A DNA stretch of 64,000 nt, taken from assembly GCA_934098665.1 (NCBI GenBank), contig CAKOOO010000004.1, positions 22,031 through 86,030 on the forward strand, read 5' to 3'. Below the pieces are notes generated by a model that worked only from the letters and a program-made list of their open reading frames with translations, was not told the origin of the DNA and ran no database searches. Of this stretch, positions 29,031 through 38,132 are shown in pieces; position 1 is the stretch's first letter; each line of letters starts with the position of its first letter. The DNA comes from an uncultured Bacilli bacterium (GTDB taxonomy: Bacteria; Bacillota_I; Bacilli_A; RF39; UBA660). The position numbers and the translations under genes were made by a program.

Positions 29031-29601
29031 CTTCTTTTTTTATGATATTATCAATTAATCCATATTTTTTTGCCTCTAAGGTAGACATATAATAATCTTT
29101 ACCAGTATCTTTTTCAATTTTTGATAAAGATTTTTTTGTGTTTTTGGCAAGGATTTTATTGATTTTTGCTTTAGTTTTATTAATCCTGTCACTTTGAAGT
29201 TGAATATTTCTTGCACTTCCTTCGGCGCCACCAAGCACTTCATGAATCATAATTTCGGTATTTTCAAGTGCATATCTTTTATATCCACTTGAAAGTAAAA
29301 ATGCTCCCATACTTGCACATAAACCAACACCTATTGTAATTACATGACTATTTATATAGTTTATTGTATCATAAATTGCCAAACCTGCATTGACACTTCC
29401 ACCCGGAGAATTTATATATAAATATATGTCATTTTTATTAATGCTATCTAAATATAAAAACTCTGCGATAATTATATTAGCTATTTGATCATTAACTTCT
29501 CCAGTTAAAAATATTATTCTATTTGTTAATAAAAGAGAATATAAATCATAAGTTATTTGAGTATTTTCAGTTTGTTTTAATATAGTTGGTACGCTAAACA
29601 T
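29008..29601 (-). CDS. clpP: ATP-dependent Clp protease proteolytic subunit
   Basis: YDLYSLLLTNRIIFLTGEV, YINSPGGSV, catalytic Ser in GLCASMGAFLL, His in MIHEV, and Asp in DTGKDYYMS. It is the only confident minus-strand gene. Its 3' end overlaps divIC convergently by 23 nt. Confidence 0.9.
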   Translation of the reverse strand: MFSVPTILKQTENTQITYDLYSLLLTNRIIFLTGEVNDQIANIIIAEFLYLDSINKNDIYLYINSPGGSVNAGLAIYDTINYINSHVITIGVGLCASMGAFLLSSGYKRYALENTEIMIHEVLGGAEGSARNIQLQSDRINKTKAKINKILAKNTKKSLSKIEKDTGKDYYMSTLEAKKYGLIDNIIKKEANLQCEL

Positions 29602-29708
29602 TTTATCACCTACAATTATAATAATATTAAAAATGAAATTTTATTCATAAAATTTATAGATTTATAATAAAAAATATAGTATTATATTTATGATAGAAAG
29701 GGAATACA

Positions 29709-31355
29709 ATGAAAGATATTAGAATAACTTATAATGATAATAAGCAAATAAATGTTTCTTTAAATACTACATATTATGAATTAAGTAAAAGTGTTTTGCT
29801 TCCAAATTCAATTGGTGTAATTGTAAATGGAAAAGCAGTAAATTTAAATGAAAAAATAACTCGTAGTCAAGATATTTTATTTATTGATAAGTTTAATCCA
29901 TATGGAAATAGAATGTATGTGGCTGGGTTAAAGATGATTTTTGAACTTGCCATTAAAAGACTTTATCCAAAAGCAAAAGTTTGTTATTCTTATAGTATTC
30001 CTAAAACTATAGTGGCTAATATAACTTCTGATATAACATTAAAAAAAGAAGAAATAGATATAATTAATGATATGGTTAATGAAATAATTAAACAAGATAT
30101 TAAATTTGAGAAGTTAATTGTTAAAAGTAATGATGCAATAAATTATTATAATGATATAGGAAATTATGTTAAATCATCAAATATAAAAAATATAACTGAT
30201 CCTACAGTAGTTTTATATAAACTTGATACTCTAATTAATTATTATTATTATGAAATGCCTTACTCAACAGGAAATATAACTGATTTTAAAATTAAGTATT
30301 ATAAAGATAATCAAATTATTATTAACTATCCAGTGGTGGCAAAAGATATAAATGAAGAAAATACAGTTAATTATGATAGAATAATAAATTCATATAAAGA
30401 TGGTCAAAAATGGCTTGACATTATGGGTGTTCCTTATATTAAAGATGTTAATAAACTTATAAGCGAAGGAAAAATAAATGATTTTGTAAAATCATCAGAA
30501 CTTAATTTTAATATTGAAATAAATTTAGCCGCTAAAATGATTAGTGAAAATAAAAAAATTAAGTATGTAATGATATCTGGACCATCCTCAAGTGGAAAGA
30601 CAACTATAACAAAAAGGCTTGCGTCATATTTTAAAATATATGGTCTTGATCCTATTGTTATTTCTTTAGATGATTATTATAAAGAAAGAATAGATAGTCC
30701 TAAAGATGAAAATGGTGATTATGATTTTGAATGTTTACAAGCAACTGATTTAGAATATTTAAATTCAGATATTACAAAGCTTATAAATAATGAAACTATT
30801 AATTTACCTAAATTTAATTTTGTAAGTGGCTGTAAGGAATTATCTCAAAAAAAAGTATCATTAAAAGAAAATAGCATTATTTTATTAGAAGGGTTACATG
30901 CTATTAATGATGAACTTTTAACATTTATTCCTAAAGAAGAAAAATATAAAATATTTGTAAGCCCATATATTCCAATATGTATTGATGAACAAAATTATAT
31001 ATCAAATAATGATTTAAGATTAATTCGAAGAATAGTTAGGGATTTTCGAACAAGGGGTTATGATGTAATCTCTACAATAAAAAATTCAAAAAAAGTAAGA
31101 CTTGGTGAAGAAAAATATATTATTCCACTCATTCCTAGTGCGGATAAAGTGATAAATACGGCATTATCTTATGAAGTAGGTTTATTAAAAGTTTATGTTG
31201 AACCACTTTTATATTCTGTAGATGTAACTTCAGAATATTATATTGAAACAAGAAGACTATTAAGTTTTTTAAAACAATTTTTTTCAATTAGTAGTGAATA
31301 TGTACCAAAAGATTCCATATTAAGAGAGTTTATAGGAGGTAGTGAATATGATTAA
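29709..31355 (+). CDS. Uridine-kinase/PRK-family P-loop kinase fused to a ThrRS-like N-terminal TGS + second-additional-domain (SAD)-like region
   Basis: N-terminus is collinear with ThrRS N1/N2 (IRITYNDN...VNGKAVNLNEKI; ..LKMIFELAIKRLYPKAKV..; EMPYSTGNITDFKI), but the HxxxH zinc motif is replaced. C-terminal kinase has GPSSSGKTT and ILLEGLHA. Confidence 0.7.
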   Translation: MKDIRITYNDNKQINVSLNTTYYELSKSVLLPNSIGVIVNGKAVNLNEKITRSQDILFIDKFNPYGNRMYVAGLKMIFELAIKRLYPKAKVCYSYSIPKTIVANITSDITLKKEEIDIINDMVNEIIKQDIKFEKLIVKSNDAINYYNDIGNYVKSSNIKNITDPTVVLYKLDTLINYYYYEMPYSTGNITDFKIKYYKDNQIIINYPVVAKDINEENTVNYDRIINSYKDGQKWLDIMGVPYIKDVNKLISEGKINDFVKSSELNFNIEINLAAKMISENKKIKYVMISGPSSSGKTTITKRLASYFKIYGLDPIVISLDDYYKERIDSPKDENGDYDFECLQATDLEYLNSDITKLINNETINLPKFNFVSGCKELSQKKVSLKENSIILLEGLHAINDELLTFIPKEEKYKIFVSPYIPICIDEQNYISNNDLRLIRRIVRDFRTRGYDVISTIKNSKKVRLGEEKYIIPLIPSADKVINTALSYEVGLLKVYVEPLLYSVDVTSEYYIETRRLLSFLKQFFSISSEYVPKDSILREFIGGSEYD

Positions 31356-32355
31356 TGTAGCAATAAATGGTTTTGGAAGAATAGGAAGAGTAGCATTTAG
31401 ACAAATGATTACGGATGCAAATTTTAATATTGTAGCTATAAATAGTTTGGATATGACACCACAGGAAGCTGCATATTTAATTAAATATGATAGTATTCAT
31501 GGGCTCTTTCATGAAAATGAAATAAGTTTTGATGAAAGTAATGTTGTTATAGCAACTGTAAAAAAAATACCTGTGTTAAGTGAAAGTGATCCAAATAATT
31601 TGCCATGGGCTAAATTAGGAGTTGATTTAGTTTTAGAATGTACTGGAGCTTTTACTAGCAAAGACAAAGCAATGTCACATATAAATGCTGGTGCAAAAAA
31701 AGTATTAATTTCTGCTCCAGGAAAAGGTGAAATGAAAACAATTGTTAATGAAGTAAATGATGATATAATAACTATGGAAGATCAAATAATAAGTGCATCT
31801 AGCTGCACAACAAATGCTCTTGCACCACTACTTAATGTTATTGAAAAAAATTATGGTATAGAAATAGGTTTTATTTCAACAATTCATGCCTTTACTTCAG
31901 ATCAAAATGCTCTTGATAATACTCATAAAAAGGGTATATATTCTCGAAGGGGAAGAGCAAGTTCATTTAATATTGTTCCAACATCAACTGGAGCTGCTAA
32001 ATCAATTGGGCTTGTTATACCATCATTAAATGGTAAACTTGATGGTAATGCTTTTAGAGTACCTACAATAGATGGTTCGATGCTAGATGTAACATTAGAA
32101 TTAAAAACCCTTGTTACTAAAGAAGAAATAAATGAATTAATAAAAAACAATCAAACAAGTGCTTTAAAATATACTGACTTTCCAATTGTATCTTCTGATG
32201 TTATTGGAAGAAAATGTGGATGTTTATTTGATAGTTTAATGACAAATGTTTTAACTGTAGATGAAAAAGTTTTAGTAAAACTAGTTGCTTGGTATGATAA
32301 TGAATATGGATATACATATCAAATGTTAAATGTAGCTAAAAAATTATTTAAATAA
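31348..32355 (+). CDS. gap: Glyceraldehyde-3-phosphate dehydrogenase
   Basis: INGFGRIGR, ASSCTTNALAP (catalytic Cys), and WYDNEYGY. Start ATG 31348 lies 8 nt after GGAGG (31335-31339). Confidence 0.95.
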   Translation: MINVAINGFGRIGRVAFRQMITDANFNIVAINSLDMTPQEAAYLIKYDSIHGLFHENEISFDESNVVIATVKKIPVLSESDPNNLPWAKLGVDLVLECTGAFTSKDKAMSHINAGAKKVLISAPGKGEMKTIVNEVNDDIITMEDQIISASSCTTNALAPLLNVIEKNYGIEIGFISTIHAFTSDQNALDNTHKKGIYSRRGRASSFNIVPTSTGAAKSIGLVIPSLNGKLDGNAFRVPTIDGSMLDVTLELKTLVTKEEINELIKNNQTSALKYTDFPIVSSDVIGRKCGCLFDSLMTNVLTVDEKVLVKLVAWYDNEYGYTYQMLNVAKKLFK

Positions 32356-32365
32356 TGGAGGTAGT

Positions 32366-33496
32366 ATGAATTTCATTGATAGTGTAGATATTACAAATAA
32401 AAAGGTAATATTACGTTGTGATTTAAATGTCCCTATAAAAGATGGTAAAGTTTTAGATGATACAAAAATTAAAAAAAGTATTAAAACGATTAGTTATTTA
32501 TTAAATAATAATTGTTCTGTTATTATTTTAAGTCATTTAGGACGAATAAAAACAAGCGTTGATAAATTAGAAAATTCATTGAAACCATGTAAAAAAATAT
32601 TAGAGGATAATTTGAATCAAGAAGTTATTTTCTTAGATAATCCAGTTGGGATGAATGTTATTACGACTTGTAAAAATTTAAAATGCAAACAAGTTGTTTT
32701 ACTAGAAAATACTCGTTTTTGTGATTTTCCAGAGAAACTTGAAAGTCGTAATGATTTAGGTCTTGCTAAGTATTGGTCAGTTTTAGCAGATGTATTTGTA
32801 ATTGATGCTTTTGCTTCTTTACATAGACTTCATGCATCTGTCGCAGGCATAGCTAATTATTTGCCAACATATTTTGGATTTTTAGTAAAAAATGAAATAG
32901 AGGGACTTAACCCAGTAATAAAAGATATTAAAAGACCATTTACTGTTTTCATGGGTGGAGCAAAAGTTGATGATAAATTAGAATATATAAAAGGTCTTCT
33001 TACAAAATGTGATTATTTATTAGTAGGTGGTGGAATAGCAAACTCATTTTTATATGCATGTGGTTTTGATGTTATGGATAGTTTATGTACTAGTGATGAA
33101 ATTACTATTTCTGAAATAAAAGCATTAATGAAAGAATATAAAGATAAGATAGTCCTACCTATTGATTTTGTAATTGATGAAGATAAAATACTTGATTTAA
33201 ATACAAAGTCAATTAATAAATATTGCTCATATTTAGAAAAAAGTAAAACAATATTTATTAATGGAACAGTTGGTGCTTTTGAAAATAAAAAATACGCTAT
33301 TGGTACTTATAAATTATTTGATTATTTAAAAAATGTTGATGCTATTAAAATTGCTGGTGGTGGAGACACTGTTAATGCAATAAATTTATTTAAACTAAAA
33401 CATAACTTTACATTCTTATCAAGTGGTGGAGGAGCAAGTTTGGAATATATAAGTTCTAATCATTTAAGGGCTATTGATTATATTACAAAGCTATAA
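32366..33496 (+). CDS. pgk: Phosphoglycerate kinase
   Basis: LRCDLNVP, SHLGRI, MGGAKVDDKL, GGGIANSF, GGGDT, and SGGGASLEY. Confidence 0.93.
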   Translation: MNFIDSVDITNKKVILRCDLNVPIKDGKVLDDTKIKKSIKTISYLLNNNCSVIILSHLGRIKTSVDKLENSLKPCKKILEDNLNQEVIFLDNPVGMNVITTCKNLKCKQVVLLENTRFCDFPEKLESRNDLGLAKYWSVLADVFVIDAFASLHRLHASVAGIANYLPTYFGFLVKNEIEGLNPVIKDIKRPFTVFMGGAKVDDKLEYIKGLLTKCDYLLVGGGIANSFLYACGFDVMDSLCTSDEITISEIKALMKEYKDKIVLPIDFVIDEDKILDLNTKSINKYCSYLEKSKTIFINGTVGAFENKKYAIGTYKLFDYLKNVDAIKIAGGGDTVNAINLFKLKHNFTFLSSGGGASLEYISSNHLRAIDYITKL

Positions 33497-33508
33497 TTAT
33501 TAAAATTT

Positions 33509-33524
33509 TTGACATTTTTCGACA
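33509..33524 (+). promoter_or_regulatory. spo0A upstream region: -35-like TTGACA followed by a consensus Spo0A box
   Basis: TTGACA at 33509-33514. TTCGACA at 33518-33524 is the exact complement of the 0A box TGTCGAA. A second candidate promoter is TTGCTT (33565-33570), 17 nt, then TATTAT (33588-33593). Confidence 0.45.
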
Positions 33525-33631
33525 AAAATTTACGTAAATAGTCAAGAATTTACAAAAATTTTTCTTGCTTTTTGGTAAAAAATGGTTTATTATCTAGTTG
33601 TGAGGCACTTATTGTTAGCAGGAAAGGAATT

Positions 33632-34381
33632 ATGAAAAATACAATAAGAGTTGTTGTTGTTGATGACAACACTGTAGCTGTGAAAAGCATCAAAGATCAT
33701 TTTTTAACAAATGATAGCATAAAAGTTGTAGCGACTTTTGGAAATGGTGAGGAGGCATTAGAATACTTAATTAACCATAATAATGAGGTAGATTTAGTAA
33801 TACTTGAATTATTACTACCAAGACTTGATGGTACTTCATTACTTGAAGAAATGAAATCAAGAAATTTACGTCAAAAGGTTATAGTTACATCTGGCTATAA
33901 AGATAACAAAATAATTAATGATTGCAATACGTATAATGTATCATATTATTTAGTTAAACCATATAGCATGATTTCTTTAGATAAAAGAGTTAAAGAAATA
34001 TTTGATAGAGTACCAATTTTTAATGCAGAAACTAGTAATTTGGATTTAGAAGTAAGTCAATTATTACATAATTTGGGAATCCCATCACACATAAGAGGAT
34101 ATAAGTATATTCGTGATAGTGTAATTATTGTATATAATATGGACCGCATTAGCCATATTACTAAAGATGTATATCCACAAATTGCACTTACTTATGATAC
34201 TACTCCATCTAGAGTTGAAAGAGCTATTAGACATGCTATTGAGGTAAGCTGGTCAAGAGGAGATATTAACCTAATGGAGGAACTATTCGGTTTTAGTATC
34301 AGTTGTGATAAATCAAAGCCCACAAACTCTGAATTTATTACTACTATTGCAGACAGAATTAAAATTGACAATAACAAATAA
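33632..34381 (+). CDS. spo0A: Sporulation master response regulator Spo0A
   Basis: Receiver domain (VVVVDDN...LILELLLPRLDG) plus the Spo0A-specific C-terminal signature TPSRVERAIRHAIEVSW and KPTNSEFI. Start ATG 33632 after AGGAAAGGA. Confidence 0.96.
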   Translation: MKNTIRVVVVDDNTVAVKSIKDHFLTNDSIKVVATFGNGEEALEYLINHNNEVDLVILELLLPRLDGTSLLEEMKSRNLRQKVIVTSGYKDNKIINDCNTYNVSYYLVKPYSMISLDKRVKEIFDRVPIFNAETSNLDLEVSQLLHNLGIPSHIRGYKYIRDSVIIVYNMDRISHITKDVYPQIALTYDTTPSRVERAIRHAIEVSWSRGDINLMEELFGFSISCDKSKPTNSEFITTIADRIKIDNNK

Positions 34382-34476
34382 AAAAATTACTGAAGATTAC
34401 TTTGGTATTTTTTTTTACAAAATTTGCTATTTAAATTTAGTTATGTTATTATTTTTTTAGAAAGTTTGTGATTATT

Positions 34477-35877
34477 ATGAAAAAAATTTTAACTATATTA
34501 TTTAATAGTAATGTTCAAAAAAATATTGATTTAAGTTTGATAAAACAAAATAATTTAAATACTTTTAATAAAATAATAACTAAATATACAAAATCCAAAA
34601 GCGAGTTTACAAATATAGAAAAGTTTGATTATAATGCACTTGGACTCGGAAGAAATATAATATCACTTCCCCAGCAAATTGATGATTATTTAAATAATAT
34701 AACAAATATAAATGATAAAAATACATTATTAATTAGACAAAATTATAACAAAAAAGCTCACATTATTATTTCAATTAATAATTTAAGTATGCAAAGAAAT
34801 ATAGAAAACGCCTTTAAATTATTTAATTATTTAATAGCAAATTTATACACAAAAGTATATTTTCATATAATTACTGATAAAGGCAGTGACAATAACTATG
34901 CAATTAACTATCTTAAAATAGTTGAAAACAGTATAAAAGATTCTAATGCTGGTTTTATATCTACTATATGTGGTAGTTCTTTTGCTCTTGATAGTGGAAA
35001 CAATTTTGCTAAAACAAAAAAATATTATGATTTAATAATAAATGGTAAAGGTGTTCAGGTTTTAGAACTTGATAGTTTTCTTAAAACAATATATGAAAAA
35101 AATGATGGCGATGAAAATATAAGCCCTATAATTATTAATAAAGAAGGAATAATTGAAAATGGCGATATATTATTTTGGCTTTGTGATAATCCTTTAAAAA
35201 GTAAACAAATACTTGAACCATTAAAAAATAAAGATTATAAAATATTTGAAACTAAACCTATGACGGACTTAAAACTATTTACTTTCTTTAATTCATTAAA
35301 TTCTTATGAAACCATAAACTTATTGAATGAACCCGAGGCAAAATATAGTTTTGGAAATTATTTATCTAAACTTGGTATAGTTCAAGCTAGAGTTACATTA
35401 GACACTTCATATGAAAATGTGATTAAAAAATTTGATAACAATGAAGAAAAAGTTCCGCATTTAGAAAAATATATAATTAGTTCATTAAATGATACATATG
35501 AATTAAAGTCTGTTAAATTAACGAAAAAGGTTTTAACACTTATGTCACAAGATTATGATTTTATACTAGTTAATTTTTCTAATAATATTTCTGATTATAA
35601 AGGTAATGAAAATGATTTTTCAAAAAATTATCTTACATTTGATACTTGTTTAAATAAACTAATAGAAAGTGCAGAAGATAACTTTTATAATGTTATGATA
35701 CTATTTAATGAAGAGACTGAAATGGGTAATAATATTATCTTTACTATATTAGATGAAAAATTAAATTTAAAAAATGATGGATATATATATGATATTGTTC
35801 CAACAATTCTTGATTATATGGATATTTCTATACCAATTGAGATGACAGGTAAGTCTTTAATAGATAAAACTGAATAA
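34477..35877 (+). CDS. Divergent cofactor-independent phosphoglycerate mutase (iPGM/alkaline-phosphatase superfamily)-like protein, probably catalytically degenerate
   Basis: Collinear iPGM-like blocks: KVYFHIITDKGSD (cf. vH.f.DGRD), GFISTICGSSFALD (cf. iatv.GRyyaMDRD), and C-terminal DIVPTILDYMDISIPIEMTGKSLI (cf. DiaPTiL.l.g...P.eMtGksLi). The N-terminal Asp block, catalytic-Ser block, DMVGH block and DHGN block are not recognisable. Confidence 0.6.
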   Translation: MKKILTILFNSNVQKNIDLSLIKQNNLNTFNKIITKYTKSKSEFTNIEKFDYNALGLGRNIISLPQQIDDYLNNITNINDKNTLLIRQNYNKKAHIIISINNLSMQRNIENAFKLFNYLIANLYTKVYFHIITDKGSDNNYAINYLKIVENSIKDSNAGFISTICGSSFALDSGNNFAKTKKYYDLIINGKGVQVLELDSFLKTIYEKNDGDENISPIIINKEGIIENGDILFWLCDNPLKSKQILEPLKNKDYKIFETKPMTDLKLFTFFNSLNSYETINLLNEPEAKYSFGNYLSKLGIVQARVTLDTSYENVIKKFDNNEEKVPHLEKYIISSLNDTYELKSVKLTKKVLTLMSQDYDFILVNFSNNISDYKGNENDFSKNYLTFDTCLNKLIESAEDNFYNVMILFNEETEMGNNIIFTILDEKLNLKNDGYIYDIVPTILDYMDISIPIEMTGKSLIDKTE

Positions 35878-35890
35878 TATTTTTAATTTT

Positions 35891-35930
35891 AAAAGATGAA
35901 TTTTATAAATATTTATTCATCTTTTTTTGT
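35891..35930 (+). terminator. Rho-independent terminator before the S10 operon
   Basis: Stem AAAAGATGAAT (35891-35901) pairs with ATTCATCTTTT (35915-35925), followed by T-rich sequence. Confidence 0.7.
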
Positions 35931-35975
35931 TTTTAAAAAATCTAAATTATTTTATAAAAAATATGCAAAAAGTAC

Positions 35976-36005
35976 TTGCATTTGGGAGTCAATTTATGAT
36001 AATAT
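35976..36005 (+). promoter_or_regulatory. Sigma-A-type promoter of the S10 ribosomal protein operon
   Basis: TTGCAT at 35976-35981, then an extended -10 TGATAATAT (35997-36005). Confidence 0.5.
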
Positions 36006-36134
36006 TAAATACGTATGACTGCGAGGATGTGCGAGGTTGCTGATACGCTAGGAATAGTTGGTAAATATATTTCTAACGTATTGGGTAATTTGTACGGAGC
36101 AAGCCTATATTAAATATAGACGAAAGGAGAAAAC

Positions 36135-36443
36135 ATGGCAAAACAAGAAATTAGAATTACTTTAAAAGCATATGACCATAGAATACTAGATGTAGCTGCT
36201 GGAAAAATATGCGAAACAGTAAAAAGAACTGGGGGAGAAATATCTGGACCTGTACCTCTTCCTACTGAAATTGAAAAATTTACAGTATTAAGAGCTGTTC
36301 ATAAATATAAAGATTCTCGTGAACAATTTGAAAGAAGAACTCACAAGAGACTTATTGATATTAAAAACCCAAGTAAAGAAACAGTTGATGCGCTATCTCA
36401 TTTAGATTTACCAAGTGGCGTTCAAATCAATATTAAATTATAA
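36135..36443 (+). CDS. rpsJ: 30S ribosomal protein S10
   Basis: [19 protein letters not shown]...; first gene of the S10 cluster. Confidence 0.98.
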   Translation: MAKQEIRITLKAYDHRILDVAAGKICETVKRTGGEISGPVPLPTEIEKFTVLRAVHKYKDSREQFERRTHKRLIDIKNPSKETVDALSHLDLPSGVQINIKL

Positions 36444-36463
36444 GAAAAGGAAGGAAAGAGAAA

Positions 36464-37198
36464 ATGAAAGGAATCTTAGGACGTAAAGTTGGAATGACTA
36501 GCGTATTTACTAAAGATGGTAAACTAATCCCTGTTACAGTTGTTGAAGTTCTACCAAATAAAGTAATGCAAGTTAAAACTACAGAAAAAGATGGTTATAA
36601 TGCAATCCAACTTGGCGCAATTGACAAAAAAGCAAATAGAGCCAATAAGGCTGAAATCGGAAGTGCAAAAAAAGCAAATACAACTCCTAAGCGCTTCTTA
36701 AAAGAAATAAGAGACTATGAAGGCTCTTATAATATAGGAGATGAGATTACTGCAGATTTATTTACTGTTGGAGAAATAGTTGATGTAACTGGAACTACAA
36801 AAGGTAAAGGATTTGCTGGTGTTATTAAAAGACACAATCAATCAAGAGGACCTATGGGTCATGGTTCACATTATCATAGAAGACCAGGTTCACTTGGAAC
36901 TATGCTTCCAAAAAGAGTTCTAAAAGGTAAAAAACTTGCAGGACATATGGGAGTTGAAACAGTTACAATTCAAAACCTTGAAATCATCGAAACAAATACT
37001 AATGAAAATTATATTTTAATTAGTGGTAATGTTCCTGGTGCTAAAAATTCAATCGTTTTAATTAAAACTGCAATCAAAGGTAACAAAAAAGTTAATCCAA
37101 AGGAAATTATTAGTTATGAAGAATCTGTAGTAGATGCTGAAGAAGTAGTAACTCCTGTAGAAACTGAAACAGTTACTGAAGTAAAGGAAGACAAGTAG
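36464..37198 (+). CDS. rplC: 50S ribosomal protein L3 (with acidic C-terminal tail)
   Basis: [15 protein letters not shown]...[12 protein letters not shown]; 244 aa. Confidence 0.98.
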   Translation: MKGILGRKVGMTSVFTKDGKLIPVTVVEVLPNKVMQVKTTEKDGYNAIQLGAIDKKANRANKAEIGSAKKANTTPKRFLKEIRDYEGSYNIGDEITADLFTVGEIVDVTGTTKGKGFAGVIKRHNQSRGPMGHGSHYHRRPGSLGTMLPKRVLKGKKLAGHMGVETVTIQNLEIIETNTNENYILISGNVPGAKNSIVLIKTAIKGNKKVNPKEIISYEESVVDAEEVVTPVETETVTEVKEDK

Positions 37199-37218
37199 TC
37201 TTTTAAAGGAGGATAAAA

Positions 37219-37842
37219 ATGACAAAGTTAAGTATTAATAATTTAAAAGGCGAAAAAGTTAGTGATATTACTTTAAATTCTGAAGTTTTTGGAATTGAAG
37301 TTAATGAACTTGCTATGAAGAAAATGGTTAGACTTCAACTTAATGCTTCAAGACAAGGTACTGCAAAAGTAAAAACAAGAAGTGAAGTATCAGGTGGTGG
37401 AAGAAAACCATGGAAACAAAAAGGTACTGGTAGAGCAAGACAAGGATCTATTCGTGCTGCTCAATGGAGAAAAGGTGGAATTGTATTTGGACCTACTCCA
37501 AGAGATTATTCATTTAAAATTAATCGTAAAGAAAGAGTTCTAGCTTTAAAGAGCGCTTTAGTTAATAAATTAAATGAAAAGAAATTAATGGTTATTGATA
37601 ACCTTAAATTAGATAATTTTAAAACAAAAACAGGTGTTGAATTATTAAATAATTTAAAACTTGATGGAAAAGTATTATTTGTTGCTAGTGAAGAAGCAGA
37701 AAACTTATATATGGCAACAAGAAATTTAAATAATGTACTTGTATTATTTCCTGATGAAATCAATGTTTATGATATTTTAAACGCTGATTACGTTGTATTT
37801 GATGAAGCAAGTATTAAAATGGTAGAGGAGGCACTTAAATAA
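37219..37842 (+). CDS. rplD: 50S ribosomal protein L4
   Basis: ..RQGTAKVKTRSEVSGGGRKPWKQKGTGRARQGSIRA. Confidence 0.98.
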   Translation: MTKLSINNLKGEKVSDITLNSEVFGIEVNELAMKKMVRLQLNASRQGTAKVKTRSEVSGGGRKPWKQKGTGRARQGSIRAAQWRKGGIVFGPTPRDYSFKINRKERVLALKSALVNKLNEKKLMVIDNLKLDNFKTKTGVELLNNLKLDGKVLFVASEEAENLYMATRNLNNVLVLFPDEINVYDILNADYVVFDEASIKMVEEALK

Positions 37843-38117
37843 TGAGACATTATTCTGAAATTATAATTGCACCAGTAGTTACTGAAAAAAGTATGGCATT
37901 AAGAAGTGAAAATGTTTATACATTTAAAGTTGCTAAGGATGCTACTAAAACTGAAATTAAAAAAGCTATTGAAGATGCTTTTAAAGTAGAAGTTAAAAGT
38001 GTTAATACTCTAAACACTAAATCTAAAAAAAGAAGAGTTGGAAAGTATCAAGGAAGAACAAAGACTTATAAAAAAGCAATGGTAACATTAAAAGATGGTT
38101 CTTCTATAGAACTTTAG
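37842..38117 (+). CDS. rplW: 50S ribosomal protein L23
   Basis: IIAPVVTEKS......YTFKV...A.KTEIKKAIE; conserved order. Confidence 0.97.
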   Translation: MRHYSEIIIAPVVTEKSMALRSENVYTFKVAKDATKTEIKKAIEDAFKVEVKSVNTLNTKSKKRRVGKYQGRTKTYKKAMVTLKDGSSIEL

Positions 38118-38132
38118 TAGAAAGGAGAAATT

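Noticed and set aside
29602-29708. CtsR or CIRCE heat-shock operator upstream of clpP.
   Set aside because: No GGTCAAA/TTTGACC direct repeat and no TTAGCACTC-N9-GAGTGCTAA element is visible in the divergent intergenic region.
34382-34467. Terminator after spo0A.
   Set aside because: The ATTACT..ATTACT elements are direct repeats, not inverted ones. No convincing stem precedes the T-run, so no terminator is called.
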